64,000 nt of DNA from Bacillota bacterium (GCA_035477115.1 DATIKW010000018.1:21256-85255), one strand, 5' to 3'; counted from the first letter of the stretch, positions 20,245 through 29,981 are shown. Notes: generated from the sequence alone by a model not told the origin. A program made the numbers and translations.

Positions 20245-20830
20245 TGGGCTCTCCTCTCGAGATCAGTTCCACCGGAAGGCATGCGTACTCACGAGTAGCG
20301 GTATCCACATACAGCATGCGCCTCCCGCCGCTGGCGATGACTTGCGCGCGGAAGATCTTCTTGTATACGTGCTCAGCATGCACTATCCGAACGGATGGCG
20401 CCACCGATGCGGTGCGAAAGCGGGTGAGGACAAACGGGAGGAACCTCTCCTCGAGCATGCTCTGGGTCTTAGAGTCCATCTCCAGTCTGGTGTCCACGAT
20501 CCGAGACGGATCTGCGTCAACCTCACATTTGGTCACCTCATCGCCCAGTACCGCTATCTTCCCCGACACTCCATCGGCAATGCCCCGCATCAGCAACCTG
20601 GATGCACCCAAAAAGGGGAGCCTGCGGACCACCTCTAGCGTCAGCAGCCACGCTGGGTAGTACACCACCTCGATCTCGCCGGTCGCCTCACCGATGCGCT
20701 CGGCAATGCGCCGTACGTCGGCCTCTTCGAGGACGGGTTTCCAGCAAGCAATCACCAACAGGCCCCCCTCTCCGCCAGCGTCCCTACGGTTGGGTAACGG
20801 GCTGGGTGGTCCGAGTCCTCGCGGGACCAC
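20204..20830 (-). CDS. Hypothetical protein (about 200 aa, no recognisable family)
   Basis: Long ORF with coding-like composition. Its end overlaps the creatininase start and the symporter stop. The real start is uncertain. Confidence 0.4.
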   Translation of the reverse strand: MVPRGLGPPSPLPNRRDAGGEGGLLVIACWKPVLEEADVRRIAERIGEATGEIEVVYYPAWLLTLEVVRRLPFLGASRLLMRGIADGVSGKIAVLGDEVTKCEVDADPSRIVDTRLEMDSKTQSMLEERFLPFVLTRFRTASVAPSVRIVHAEHVYKKIFRAQVIASGGRRMLYVDTATREYACLPVELISRGEPNDAPVVLGTPYMA

Positions 20831-22364
20831 GCTTCAGGACCTTCTCGACTTCGATCGCCTCAACGGCGAGGGAGGGCGAACCCTTGATGCTGTCGGCCGG
20901 AAGCGGCCCGTAGGCCACGCCCAAGTCGAAGAGCTTCTCCATCTCCGCGTCAGGCTTCTTGGAGACGAGGCTGCCAATGACGAAGGCAAGGACGGCCACT
21001 ATGAGCCCCGTCAAGAAGGGATGCAGTCCGAGCGGCCGGATCCCGAGCACTGAGGATCCGACGTATACGATGAGCGACAGGATGATACAGGCGATGGCAC
21101 CTGTCTCAGTACTGCGCTTCCAGAACGTAGAGAACAGGTTGGGGACGCCGAATGCCAGGGCCATCCCGCCGAAAGCGAAGATGACAATGGTGAACACCAG
21201 CCCGGGCGGGTCCATCGCGATGACCATCGTGAGCGCCGCCAGGACCGCAGCAAATATACGCGCAACGGCGATCCGCTGCGATTGAGGCGCCCGGGGGGTC
21301 ACGAAACGGTATAGCAGGTCATGGGCGCAGGTGGTGATCAGCAACACGAGGAAGGCGTCGGCCGTGGACATGATCGCAGCAACTGCCGCCGCCGCCAGGA
21401 TTCCGGCTAGGAACGGTGGCAAGACCTCAAACCACAGCCTGATGCCTACCGTCTCCACCTCCGCTATGCCGGGGCCGAGGAGGGCAAGGGAGATGGCGCC
21501 GACCATGTAGTAGGCGAAGGCGAACAGGACCACCGCTGTAGCGGTGATGAGCATGGCCTTACGCGCAGCATCGGGATTGTTCAGCGACAGATGCCTCACG
21601 GTAACGTGCGGGAGGCCGAATGAACCCATGATGATCAGGATGATCGGGGTCAAGGCCGCCAGGAGCGTCCCGTACTCATTGTTGGGGCCCCAGGGGGTGA
21701 CGAGGCCCGGGTTGATGGCAGCCAGTCTATCGTTCAACGCCCCAAGCCCGCCCACCCGCGCCAGGGCCAGCCAGAAGAGCACGTGGGTGCCCACAAACAT
21801 GACTATCCCTTGGAAGAAGGAGGTATACGCGGCCGCCAGGTAGCCCCCCATCACCGTGTACGCGAGGACAACCGCGCCGCCGATGAGCAGGCCCGTGAGG
21901 TAGTCCGTGCCAAAGGTCACACTCAGGAGTTTGCCGGAAGCCTGCCACTGAGCAATGAGGTACATGCAGACCGTGACGATCATCACGATGGACGTGATGA
22001 CCCGGAGCGTGGGGCTCTTGAAGCGCTTCTCGTAGTACTCGGGAAGGGTAATAGCCCCAAGGAGTTCCGAGTACTTGCGGAGCCGTCGCCCCAGGATGCC
22101 GAACGAAAACGCGTTCCCCGGCGCATCGCCGAAGGCCCACCACATGGCGGACCAACCGCCTGAGTAGGCCACCCCGGGGCCCGCGGTATACGTGTAGCCG
22201 CTCATGTATGAGGCAATCAGTGCCCCGGAAGACACCGCCGGTCCTAGCCGGCGCCCGCCGATCACGAAGTCCTCGTAGCCCCTGATCAAGCGGGCGCTCA
22301 TGACGCCGATCCCGAGGACAACAAGAAGATAGAGGACGAACGGAGCCAGAACAGCCAGACTCAT
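20784..22364 (-). CDS. Sodium:solute symporter family (SSF) transporter
   Basis: About 13 TM segments with an SSF-type N-terminus (GYEDFVIGGRRLGP…). Similar to PutP and PanF. Confidence 0.8.
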   Translation of the reverse strand: MSLAVLAPFVLYLLVVLGIGVMSARLIRGYEDFVIGGRRLGPAVSSGALIASYMSGYTYTAGPGVAYSGGWSAMWWAFGDAPGNAFSFGILGRRLRKYSELLGAITLPEYYEKRFKSPTLRVITSIVMIVTVCMYLIAQWQASGKLLSVTFGTDYLTGLLIGGAVVLAYTVMGGYLAAAYTSFFQGIVMFVGTHVLFWLALARVGGLGALNDRLAAINPGLVTPWGPNNEYGTLLAALTPIILIIMGSFGLPHVTVRHLSLNNPDAARKAMLITATAVVLFAFAYYMVGAISLALLGPGIAEVETVGIRLWFEVLPPFLAGILAAAAVAAIMSTADAFLVLLITTCAHDLLYRFVTPRAPQSQRIAVARIFAAVLAALTMVIAMDPPGLVFTIVIFAFGGMALAFGVPNLFSTFWKRSTETGAIACIILSLIVYVGSSVLGIRPLGLHPFLTGLIVAVLAFVIGSLVSKKPDAEMEKLFDLGVAYGPLPADSIKGSPSLAVEAIEVEKVLKRGPARTRTTQPVTQP

Positions 22365-22404
22365 GACTGCACCCCCTGCAAGTACGTGCGGAAACGCGTA
22401 CCCG

Positions 22405-22704
22405 TTAGCGGCTCTGCACCGAATGGCGGTCTTGAGCCTCGCGTTCCTTCCTACCCTGGAAGTAATAGAGGTACAGGGCCAACGCCCATACGGCCGCCTG
22501 CCCCACGAAGAACAACCAGGTTCCTGAAGACCAGAAGAGCTGGGATCCGGGCAACGAGATCACCTCCTCTACGATGGGAATCGACTTGCCCTCGGCGCTG
22601 TCTGCCTTCCTTGTCCTGTCAGAAGGCCCTGCACCTCCCTTTTGCAGCTCTCTACCTGAGGTTATACGGTTCTGCATGATCCCGGGCTTCACCTCCTGCG
22701 GCAA
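22405..22704 (-). CDS. Small membrane protein, putative accessory subunit of the adjacent symporter
   Basis: One or two TM helices (LFWSSGTWLFFVGQAAVWALALYLYYF). It lies immediately upstream of the SSF gene on the same strand. Small subunits of this kind are known for this transporter family. Confidence 0.45.
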   Translation of the reverse strand: MPQEVKPGIMQNRITSGRELQKGGAGPSDRTRKADSAEGKSIPIVEEVISLPGSQLFWSSGTWLFFVGQAAVWALALYLYYFQGRKEREAQDRHSVQSR

Positions 22705-22814
22705 GAAAGAGGAGGGGATCGCCAGAGGTTGACGAAAACGAATCAGGCTTGGTGGGCATCACGTGAACGCGTCCTGGCGAATCAGGTGAGCCACTACAGG
22801 GCTGAAGTTCCTGC

Positions 22815-23741
22815 GTGCCACTCCGAAGGGCGGTCAGGCTCCCCGTGAATCGACCGGAACTGCGTGGATACCTGTTGGTCGGCCTGGCCGCCACCCTGTG
22901 GGGGGCGTCGGCCGCCATCGCCAGGCACATCTTGCTGGCGGGGATCGACCCGGCGGACCTGGTCGCCGTCCGGCTGAGCGGCGCCTTCCTGATCTTCCTG
23001 CCCTTCCTCCTGTTGCGGCGCCGCCGCCTGCCGCTGCCCTCTCGCCGTTCCTTGCCCTGGCTGGTCGTGCTCGGCCTCACCCTGCCCCTTGTAACCTGGA
23101 CCTATTACCTCGCCATCTGGCTCGCCGGCGTGGCGACGGCAGTGTTCCTGCAATACCAGGCACCGGTCATGCTGGCCGGCCTGGGCCTGGTGACCGGCAA
23201 GGACCGCCCCGGGCCCGATCGCTTGCTGGCCATCGGCCTTGCCACCCTCGGGTGTTACCTGCTGGTGACGGGAGGCGCGGAGGGCCTGGCGCTCAGCACG
23301 GCAGGCGTGGCCGCCGGTCTGGCCTCGGCGGCGTTGTGGGCCCTGTACGCCCTGGGGGGAGAGGCGCTCGCCGGGCGGGAGGATTCCTGGGACATCCTGC
23401 TCTGGGTCCTGTTCCTGAGCGCTCTCGCCTGGTCCCCCGCGCGATCGCCGGTGGCCGCTTGGACGGACAGCGTGAGGTTGATTTCCTGGCCCGCCCTGGC
23501 GCTGGTGGCCATCCTGGGCACGTTGGCCCCTTTGGGCCTGTACCTGGCCGGCCTGCGCACTCTGACCGCCGGCAAGGCCACGCTCACCGCAACCCTCGAA
23601 CCGGCGGTTGCGGCGGCAGCCGCCTACCTCATGCTCGGCGAAGCGCTGGCCCTGGCTCAGATCGCCGGCGCGCTGCTGGTCCTCGCGGCGGTCCTCACCC
23701 TGCGGCCCCTCTCACCTCCGGGCCGGAGGACGGCGGACTAA
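22815..23741 (+). CDS. EamA/DMT-family permease
   Basis: Ten TM helices with two EamA repeats (LWGASAAIARHIL…). It is the only plus-strand gene in this area. Confidence 0.7.
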   Translation: MPLRRAVRLPVNRPELRGYLLVGLAATLWGASAAIARHILLAGIDPADLVAVRLSGAFLIFLPFLLLRRRRLPLPSRRSLPWLVVLGLTLPLVTWTYYLAIWLAGVATAVFLQYQAPVMLAGLGLVTGKDRPGPDRLLAIGLATLGCYLLVTGGAEGLALSTAGVAAGLASAALWALYALGGEALAGREDSWDILLWVLFLSALAWSPARSPVAAWTDSVRLISWPALALVAILGTLAPLGLYLAGLRTLTAGKATLTATLEPAVAAAAAYLMLGEALALAQIAGALLVLAAVLTLRPLSPPGRRTAD

Positions 23742-24553
23742 GCTGCGCTCAGGCGCAGGGCGGCCCGGGTGATCCGATAGGCCCATACCGGGTCGGGGGC
23801 GATGAAGCTCACGGCACGATGGCCCGTCCGCTCCAGCAGGGGCAGCAGGCAAGCCCCGTCGGCCTGTCCGGTGTCGTGGAATTCGAGGTCCACTTTCAGC
23901 GGCAAGGCCGGGCGATAGGGATGGGCCCGTTGCAGATTGCCCATGGCATCCTGGGCCGCCATCCGGATCAGTTGCTCCGTCCGTTGCGGATGGAGACACC
24001 GGGCGGCGTAGCGCCCGACCGCCTGTTTGACGGCGACCGCCTGCACGTCCCCCAGCAGTGCCCGCGCCTCGGTGACCAGGACATCATCCCCGGTGACCAG
24101 GACGACGGGGACGCCGAAGTGTCCGGCCACCGCCGCGTTCAGCCCGAGTTCGCCTACTGATTGGCCGTTGAAGCGGCAATCCACGAGCGCCCCGCTGTAG
24201 GTATGGTTGAGGATCCCAGGGGTCCCCGCCCGTGAATGGTAGCCGATCAGGAAGACGGCCTGGAAGGTGGAGTCCAGTCCCTCGACCATGCTGAGGGGCT
24301 TGGGCGATCCGGAGACCAACTCAACCCGGGGATCCAGGTCGGTCAGCAGCACATTGCGCATCGCCCCGTGGGAATCGTTCACCACCACGGCCGTCGCGCC
24401 GCCCGCAAAGGCGCCCGCCGCGGCCGCGCTGGTGTCACCGGTCATCAGCCGGCGACACTGCTCGTAGTCCTCAGCATCCTTGCCGGGACCGGTTTGCTTC
24501 CAGTGCACGACCCCGCTGATCCCTTCCATGTCGACGGACATGTAGACGCGCAC
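23738..24553 (-). CDS. dppA: D-aminopeptidase DppA (peptidase family M55)
   Basis: N-terminal MRVYMSVDMEGISGVV is the hallmark of DppA/M55. GTG start. Confidence 0.8.
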   Translation of the reverse strand: MRVYMSVDMEGISGVVHWKQTGPGKDAEDYEQCRRLMTGDTSAAAAGAFAGGATAVVVNDSHGAMRNVLLTDLDPRVELVSGSPKPLSMVEGLDSTFQAVFLIGYHSRAGTPGILNHTYSGALVDCRFNGQSVGELGLNAAVAGHFGVPVVLVTGDDVLVTEARALLGDVQAVAVKQAVGRYAARCLHPQRTEQLIRMAAQDAMGNLQRAHPYRPALPLKVDLEFHDTGQADGACLLPLLERTGHRAVSFIAPDPVWAYRITRAALRLSAA

Positions 24554-24558
24554 GTCAA

Positions 24559-24612
24559 GGCCTCCTTGCGCCGGTATCCAGGTTCAGGCGAGTACTTCGC
24601 CGCAAGGAGGCC
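24559..24612 (-). promoter_or_regulatory. 12-bp perfect hairpin that encloses the dppA Shine-Dalgarno
   Basis: GGCCTCCTTGCG … CGCAAGGAGGCC inverted repeat seen in the sequence. On the minus strand the 3-prime arm contains AAGGAGG, 7 nt before the dppA GTG start. It could also terminate the upstream HAD gene. Confidence 0.45.
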
Positions 24613-24622
24613 GCCTTCCTCG

Positions 24623-25438
24623 TCAGGAGGCGCTGCTGAGCCAGCCTTCGATCGCGGCCGCGACGGGGTCCGGTTCGTCAGGGGATGCGACCCGGTCGGC
24701 CGCTTCCCGGCAGGCGGCGTCTGATTCGGGCATGGCCACGCCCGTACCCGCCCAGTGCAGCATGGCGGCATCCACGACGCTGTCGCCGATGGCCAGCACT
24801 CCCTCGCGGGGAATGCCGAGCTGGGAGCAGAGTTCAGCCAGGGCTGCAGCCTTGTCGACCCCCGGCGCCAGGACCAGCAGGCGCTCCCGGGCAGTGCCCG
24901 AGTCCAGATGGTAGGACTGGCAACGCCCGAGCAACCCGTCTTGACCGTCCAGGTAGCGCCGCACTGCCCGGGAGCCGAAGGCCATCACCGCGGTCAGCGA
25001 CCGCCCTTCAATTCCCTGCAGGACACCTTCCCCCAGGCGCACGCCGGGCGCTTGCCGAAGGCGGGTCGCATCCATTTCGTGGTCTTCGGCCGGGGTTTCG
25101 AGGTACATGACGTCATCGGCGTAGGCCGCCACCGCCAGTCCGTCTTTCCGGCCGAGATCCATGAGCGACCAGGCGACATCGCCGGGGATCAGGTGTTCGC
25201 GCAGCTTCCGCCCGCTCGCGGGATCGACCACCTGCGCGCCGCAATAGCAGATGAGGGGCAGGTCCACCGACAGCAGGCGGGCGGTATCGAGGGTGGTGAT
25301 GACCCGGCGCCCGGTCGCCAGGACGGTGGAGATCCCTGCCGCTCGGGCACGCGCCACCGCCCGGCGACTTGAAGGGCGCACGTCGCCCCAGGAGCCCTTG
25401 AGGGTGCCGTCGATGTCCAGGGCGATGAGCCGCTTCAT
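24623..25438 (-). CDS. Cof-type HAD-IIB family hydrolase
   Basis: LIALDIDGTL motif I and the DSVVDAAML / GDS motif region. About 271 aa. Confidence 0.75.
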   Translation of the reverse strand: MKRLIALDIDGTLKGSWGDVRPSSRRAVARARAAGISTVLATGRRVITTLDTARLLSVDLPLICYCGAQVVDPASGRKLREHLIPGDVAWSLMDLGRKDGLAVAAYADDVMYLETPAEDHEMDATRLRQAPGVRLGEGVLQGIEGRSLTAVMAFGSRAVRRYLDGQDGLLGRCQSYHLDSGTARERLLVLAPGVDKAAALAELCSQLGIPREGVLAIGDSVVDAAMLHWAGTGVAMPESDAACREAADRVASPDEPDPVAAAIEGWLSSAS

Positions 25439-26076
25439 GGGCCGGAGCCTCCGTCCTCGCCTGCCGGATGGGAGGGCCAGACGCCTGACTCGGTCACGAC
25501 CAGATCGACGGGATGGTCGGCGATACCCGCCGGCACCCGGGAGACGACCTGAAACTCGTAGGCGAGGCCTACTGCCACCGCTTTCGTCGTCCGCCGGGAG
25601 GCGAGGGCCGCAGATCGCAACTCACTCAGCAGCCGGTCATAGTACCCGCCGCCCTGGCCCAGCCGGTTGCCGAGACGGTCAAAGGCCAATCCGGGCACGA
25701 GCGCGAGGTCGATAGCTTCCCGGGGAACCTCGGGCGCGCCGGGGAGAGGTTCGAGGATCCCCCGATAGCCGCGAGCTAGCTCCCGAGAGGGTTGCTGGAC
25801 CAGGCGGAGACTGAGCCTGCCTTCCGGTTCCACCCGGGGCAAAGCCAGGGCCTTGCCTTCGGCCAGGCACCGGGCCATGATCCCCCAGGTGTCGACTTCG
25901 TTGCGGCAGGAGGCATAGGCCAGGAGGCACCGCGCTTGCCGGTAGGCCTTCAGGCTGGACAGCCGGTCGCCGATCTGCCGGGAGTGGCGGGCAGCCTCCG
26001 CGGCCGGCAGCTGCCGGCGCCGGGTCAGGATCTGCTCGCGCAGCTCCCGCTTGGCCTCGCCGAGCTGTCCCGCCAC
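25435..26076 (-). CDS. 5-formyltetrahydrofolate cyclo-ligase
   Basis: Length (213 aa) and motifs (…KRELREQIL.RR…, GGGYYDR) match the MTHFS/YgfA family. Confidence 0.75.
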   Translation of the reverse strand: MAGQLGEAKRELREQILTRRRQLPAAEAARHSRQIGDRLSSLKAYRQARCLLAYASCRNEVDTWGIMARCLAEGKALALPRVEPEGRLSLRLVQQPSRELARGYRGILEPLPGAPEVPREAIDLALVPGLAFDRLGNRLGQGGGYYDRLLSELRSAALASRRTTKAVAVGLAYEFQVVSRVPAGIADHPVDLVVTESGVWPSHPAGEDGGSGP

Positions 26077-26424
26077 TTACTCCTGAACCTCAGAGAAGTA
26101 GATGACGGTGGCCAGGTCGTTGAGCCCGATCGGCCGGTCGTATATCCGGCTGAGGAACGCAATCGCATCAGCAGTGGTCCGCATGTCCGGGTTCTCCCCC
26201 GCCAGGTCGGCCGGACTGAGTTCCGCGATGGTGCGGATGTCCACCCGATCCAGCACGGCGGCGAACACCTTGCGCCGCGGCTTGAACCGCTCTCCGTAAG
26301 CCACCCACACCAGGTCGCCCACGGCGTACTTCTCCCGCTTGTCGCCCATTCGGATAGTACAGGTCTTCTGGCGGGTCAGGAGGTTGCCGTGGTAAACGGA
26401 CGAGTAGAAGTTGAGCACTTTCAC
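26077..26424 (-). CDS. ASCH (PUA-like) domain protein
   Basis: 115 aa with the KTCTIRMGDK…GDLVWV pattern typical of the ASCH domain. Confidence 0.6.
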   Translation of the reverse strand: MKVLNFYSSVYHGNLLTRQKTCTIRMGDKREKYAVGDLVWVAYGERFKPRRKVFAAVLDRVDIRTIAELSPADLAGENPDMRTTADAIAFLSRIYDRPIGLNDLATVIYFSEVQE

Positions 26425-26460
26425 GCTGCAGCCCTCCTCACCGGTATGGGTAGGGCCCCG

Positions 26461-26856
26461 TCAGGTCAGCGACGATCCGCATGCGGGGCAAGACCGAACG
26501 TCTGGACGGCCGGCTGTTCCCCCGATGACCGACTCCAAGTCGTGATCCTGGTCACCGGGGGGCCGGATCACCCGGTAGCGACCACCCTGGATGCGAAGCT
26601 CTCTTCCCTCCACGACGGCCCGGGTCAGCTTGGCACGGGCACCGGCCAGGACGCGCTGATAGGTGCTCTGGGCCAGATTCATGCGCCGGGCCGACCCGGT
26701 CTGGTCGAGGCCTACGAGGTCCTTGAGCCGCAAGGCCTCCAGTTCATCCACGGTCAGGCATATCTCCTCGCGATCGGACAGGGTGACCCCGCGCGGGGTG
26801 AAATGGGTAAAGCTAGGCAAGCATTCCACCCAGCGCTCCTTCGGGGGGCGGGGCAC
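26461..26856 (-). CDS. DUF134/UPF0251 family predicted DNA-binding protein
   Basis: N-terminal MPRPPKERWVECLPSFTHFTPRGV…LTVDELEALRLKDL is the conserved DUF134 signature. There is a C-terminal CPACG. Confidence 0.7.
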   Translation of the reverse strand: MPRPPKERWVECLPSFTHFTPRGVTLSDREEICLTVDELEALRLKDLVGLDQTGSARRMNLAQSTYQRVLAGARAKLTRAVVEGRELRIQGGRYRVIRPPGDQDHDLESVIGGTAGRPDVRSCPACGSSLT

Positions 26857-26924
26857 GGCGACACCACCTCGCCTTCTCTATATCATTGGCTGGCCCTTTA
26901 TCTGATGGTAGCCTGGATTACCCT

Positions 26925-27338
26925 TCAAGTCAACTTGATCAGGGCCAGGATATCCCCAACATCGACCGTAGTGCCTTTGGCCGCCCGGACCTCGCCGACT
27001 GACCCGGCGACGGGCGAGGCAATCTCGTTCTCCATCTTCATCGCCTCGAGGACGACCACCACCTGTCCGACCGCTATCTGGTCGCCGGGGTGGACGCGCA
27101 CGTCCACTACCAGTCCGGGCAGGGGAGCCCGTACCGGCTCGAATCCGACGGGAACCGCCTGCCCACTACCACGAGCCGCAGGTGCCGTGGGAGCAGGCCT
27201 TCCCGGAGCCGCCGGCCGGGCGGCGGGCGGCGGTGGCGGGGGGATGGCGGCGGGCGGCGAATCCCGGCGCTCGCCGGCCAGTTCCTCCACCACCACCTCA
27301 TAGGGTCTGCCATCCACGGTAACTCTGAATTTCCTCAA
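26925..27338 (-). CDS. Biotin carboxyl carrier protein (biotin-attachment subunit of a carboxyltransferase/decarboxylase)
   Basis: Pro/Ala-rich linker followed by the biotinyl domain with EAMKMENEI (biotinylated Lys in the MKM motif). Confidence 0.8.
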   Translation of the reverse strand: MRKFRVTVDGRPYEVVVEELAGERRDSPPAAIPPPPPPAARPAAPGRPAPTAPAARGSGQAVPVGFEPVRAPLPGLVVDVRVHPGDQIAVGQVVVVLEAMKMENEIASPVAGSVGEVRAAKGTTVDVGDILALIKLT

Positions 27339-27556
27339 GACCTCCTCGAACCTCCTCTATCCCGTAAATCCTGCCGCCAGGCGTTCATCTGCTCCATCCG
27401 ACCGGCCAGCGCCCATGCCCCGGCGAAAGACGGGACGCGGGGTTCGGGCCGGACATCGACGATCCGTAGTCGCGCCGGGTCTGAGTCCAAGGCAGCCGCC
27501 ACCGCGCCGGCAATAGCCGCCACCACTCCGAGGGCTCCAGGTGCCGGTTCGCTCAT
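27335..27556 (-). CDS. Small Ala-rich subunit (acyl-CoA carboxylase epsilon / decarboxylase gamma-like)
   Basis: 73 aa. Hydrophobic Ala-rich N-terminus (ALGVVAAIAGAVAAAL). It lies between the carboxyltransferase and the BCCP. The assignment rests on context only. Confidence 0.35.
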   Translation of the reverse strand: MSEPAPGALGVVAAIAGAVAAALDSDPARLRIVDVRPEPRVPSFAGAWALAGRMEQMNAWRQDLRDRGGSRRS

Positions 27557-27572
27557 GGATGCATTTTCCCCC

Positions 27573-28994
27573 TCACAGCGGCAGACTGCCGTGTTTTCGG
27601 GCGGGCCGCGCCTCGCGCTTGGAGGCCAGCGCCTCCAGCCCGCGGATCAACGTCGGACGGGTCTCAGCCGGATCGATGACCAGGTCCAGATAGCCGCGAC
27701 CCGCCGCCACGTAAGGGTTGGCGAATCGAAGACGGTAGTCTTCCACTCGCTCCCGCCGAGCCTGGGCCGGATCAGGGGCGGCGGCTATCTCGTCCCGGAA
27801 TATGATGTTGGCTGCTCCCTCCGGTCCCAACACCGCTATCTCAGCTCCCGGCCAGGCTAGCGCCAGGTCCGCTCCGAGCGACCGCGAACTCATGGCTATG
27901 TAGGCGCCCCCGTAGGCCTTGCGCAGGATGAGTTGCACCTTGGGGACAGTCGCTTCCGAATACGCGTAGAGCACTTTGGCCCCATGACGTATGATGCCGC
28001 CGTACTCCTGGGCCGTGCCGGGAAGATAGCCTGGTGTGTCCACCAGCGTGATGATGGGGAAGTTGAAGGCATCGCAGAAGCGGACGAACCTGGCCGCTTT
28101 GTCCGAAGCGTCGATATCGATACACCCTGCCAGTTCACGAGCCTGGTTGGCGACAATCCCCACCGGGCGTCCGCCGAGCGCGGCGAAGCCCGTCACCAGG
28201 TTGGCGGCCCAGTGGGCGTGGACCTCCAAGAACTCGCCGTCGTCGACGGCCGCCCGCAGCACATCGCGGACATCGTAGGGGCGGGTGGGGTCCTGGGGAA
28301 CCAGGTCGCGCAACCCCGGTTCGACCCGCCCGGCAGGATCGGACGTAGGCCGGAAAGGAGGGTCTTCCAGGTTGTTGGCCGGGAGGTAACTGAGCAGCCT
28401 ACGGATATCCTGGAGGCAGGCGCGGTCGTCCGGGGAGTAGAAGTGGGCCACCCCGCTTACCTGGCTGTGGGTCGCTGCGCCTCCCAGCTGCTCCAAGGTG
28501 ACCTCTTCACCGGTGACTGCCTTGATGACCTGCGGCCCGGTGATGAACATCTGGGCGGTTCCCGCGACCATGAATACGAAGTCGGTGAGGGCGGGCGAGT
28601 ACACGGCGCCACCGGCACACGGTCCCATGATGGCCGCTATCTGGGGGACTACCCCCGAGGCCAGAGTGTTCCGGAAGAAGATCTGCCCGTAACCGTCGAG
28701 GGCGTCCACTCCCTCGTGGATCCGCGCCCCGGCCGAGTCGTTGAGGCCAACCACGGGGCAACCGGACTTCAATGCCAGGTCCATGAGTCTGGCGATCTTG
28801 GCAGCATGAGCCTGCCCGAGCGAGCCTCCCACTACGGTGAAATCCTGCGCGAAGGCCATAACTGACCGGCCGTCCACCCGACCGTGCCCCGTGACCACCC
28901 CATCCCCCGGCGCTTCCAGGTCTGCCATCCCGAAGTCTGTGCAACGGTGGCGGACCAGGGTGCCGGCCTCGACGAAGGTGTCCGGGTCAAACAA
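27573..28994 (-). CDS. Acyl-CoA carboxyltransferase (propionyl-CoA carboxylase beta / methylmalonyl-CoA carboxyltransferase 12S-like)
   Basis: Both carboxyltransferase half-domains are present. The conserved N-terminal region (KVAKQHKAGKLTAWERLAILFDPDTF) continues in-frame upstream of the listed TTG start, to about 29123. No ATG, GTG or TTG is available in that extension. Confidence 0.85.
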   Translation of the reverse strand: MFDPDTFVEAGTLVRHRCTDFGMADLEAPGDGVVTGHGRVDGRSVMAFAQDFTVVGGSLGQAHAAKIARLMDLALKSGCPVVGLNDSAGARIHEGVDALDGYGQIFFRNTLASGVVPQIAAIMGPCAGGAVYSPALTDFVFMVAGTAQMFITGPQVIKAVTGEEVTLEQLGGAATHSQVSGVAHFYSPDDRACLQDIRRLLSYLPANNLEDPPFRPTSDPAGRVEPGLRDLVPQDPTRPYDVRDVLRAAVDDGEFLEVHAHWAANLVTGFAALGGRPVGIVANQARELAGCIDIDASDKAARFVRFCDAFNFPIITLVDTPGYLPGTAQEYGGIIRHGAKVLYAYSEATVPKVQLILRKAYGGAYIAMSSRSLGADLALAWPGAEIAVLGPEGAANIIFRDEIAAAPDPAQARRERVEDYRLRFANPYVAAGRGYLDLVIDPAETRPTLIRGLEALASKREARPARKHGSLPL

Positions 28995-29119
28995 AATTGC
29001 CAGTCGTTCCCATGCCGTCAGCTTACCTGCTTTGTGCTGCTTCGCTACTTTCTCCGGTCCACCGCCCGCCCGGGCAGCCTCCAGCCGCGCGCGCAGTCCC
29101 TCGAGTCCTCCGGCGGCTA

Positions 29120-29557
29120 TCAGTGGTCGTCACCTGCCCGCTCCACCAGTTCCACCATCACTCCGTGCAGCGAGCGCGGGTGCAGGAAACCGACCCGACT
29201 GCCCCGTGCTCCCGCTCGCGGCTCTCGATCGACCGGCACGAGTCCACGGTCCGCGGCCGCCTGCAAACCGGCCGCAGCATCGGCAACCCGCAGCGCGAGG
29301 TGATGGACGCCTTCCCCTCGCGCTTCCAGAAACCGGCCGACGGGTGAACCGGCATCGGTGGTTTCCAGGAGTTCGATCCGACTCTCCCCAACCTGGAACC
29401 AGGCGAGGCGGAGCTTCCGCTCCGGGAGTTCCTCGATCTCCCCGCCCGTGAGTCCTAGCGAACGAAAGGCAGCGATGCCCGCGGACAAGTCCCGGACGGC
29501 TATCCCGACGTGGTCTATCTTCAAGACCTCACTCACGATCTTCCACCTTCCCCGCAC
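29120..29557 (-). CDS. Methylmalonyl-CoA epimerase (VOC/glyoxalase family)
   Basis: KIDHVGIAV…ELLE…HHLAL motifs of the VOC fold. Its position next to the mutase supports the epimerase assignment. Confidence 0.75.
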   Translation of the reverse strand: MRGRWKIVSEVLKIDHVGIAVRDLSAGIAAFRSLGLTGGEIEELPERKLRLAWFQVGESRIELLETTDAGSPVGRFLEARGEGVHHLALRVADAAAGLQAAADRGLVPVDREPRAGARGSRVGFLHPRSLHGVMVELVERAGDDH

Positions 29558-29981
29558 GCTGGCGAATGAACGCGACGATCGCTTGCAGGCTGGCTCCCGG
29601 CGTGAAAACTGCCTCTACTCCGGCCTCCCGCAGGGCGGGGATGTCCTCCTCAGGGATTACGCCCCCGCCCACCACCACCACTTTCTCCCTGCCTAGTCGG
29701 CGGAGGGCCTCGGTCACCCGCGGGAACAGGTGCGCGTGCGCTCCGGACAAGCTCGACAGCCCGACGACGTCCACATCTTCCTGAAGCGCGGCTCGAGCAA
29801 TTTGCTCAGGAGTCTGGCGAATGCCGGTGTAGACGACTTCCATGCCCGCGTCCCGGAGAGCGCGGGTGACGACCAGGGCGCCCCGGTCATGCCCATCGAG
29901 TCCCGCCTTCGCGATCAGCACGCGGATGGGCGGGAGGTCGGGGATGCCCGTCCCCTCTTCAGCCGGCGACGGACGGTTCAT
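29529..29981 (-). CDS. Methylmalonyl-CoA mutase, B12-binding small subunit
   Basis: [20 protein letters not shown] with the DxHxxG cobalamin-binding motif. About 150 aa. Confidence 0.85.
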   Translation of the reverse strand: MNRPSPAEEGTGIPDLPPIRVLIAKAGLDGHDRGALVVTRALRDAGMEVVYTGIRQTPEQIARAALQEDVDVVGLSSLSGAHAHLFPRVTEALRRLGREKVVVVGGGVIPEEDIPALREAGVEAVFTPGASLQAIVAFIRQRAGKVEDRE

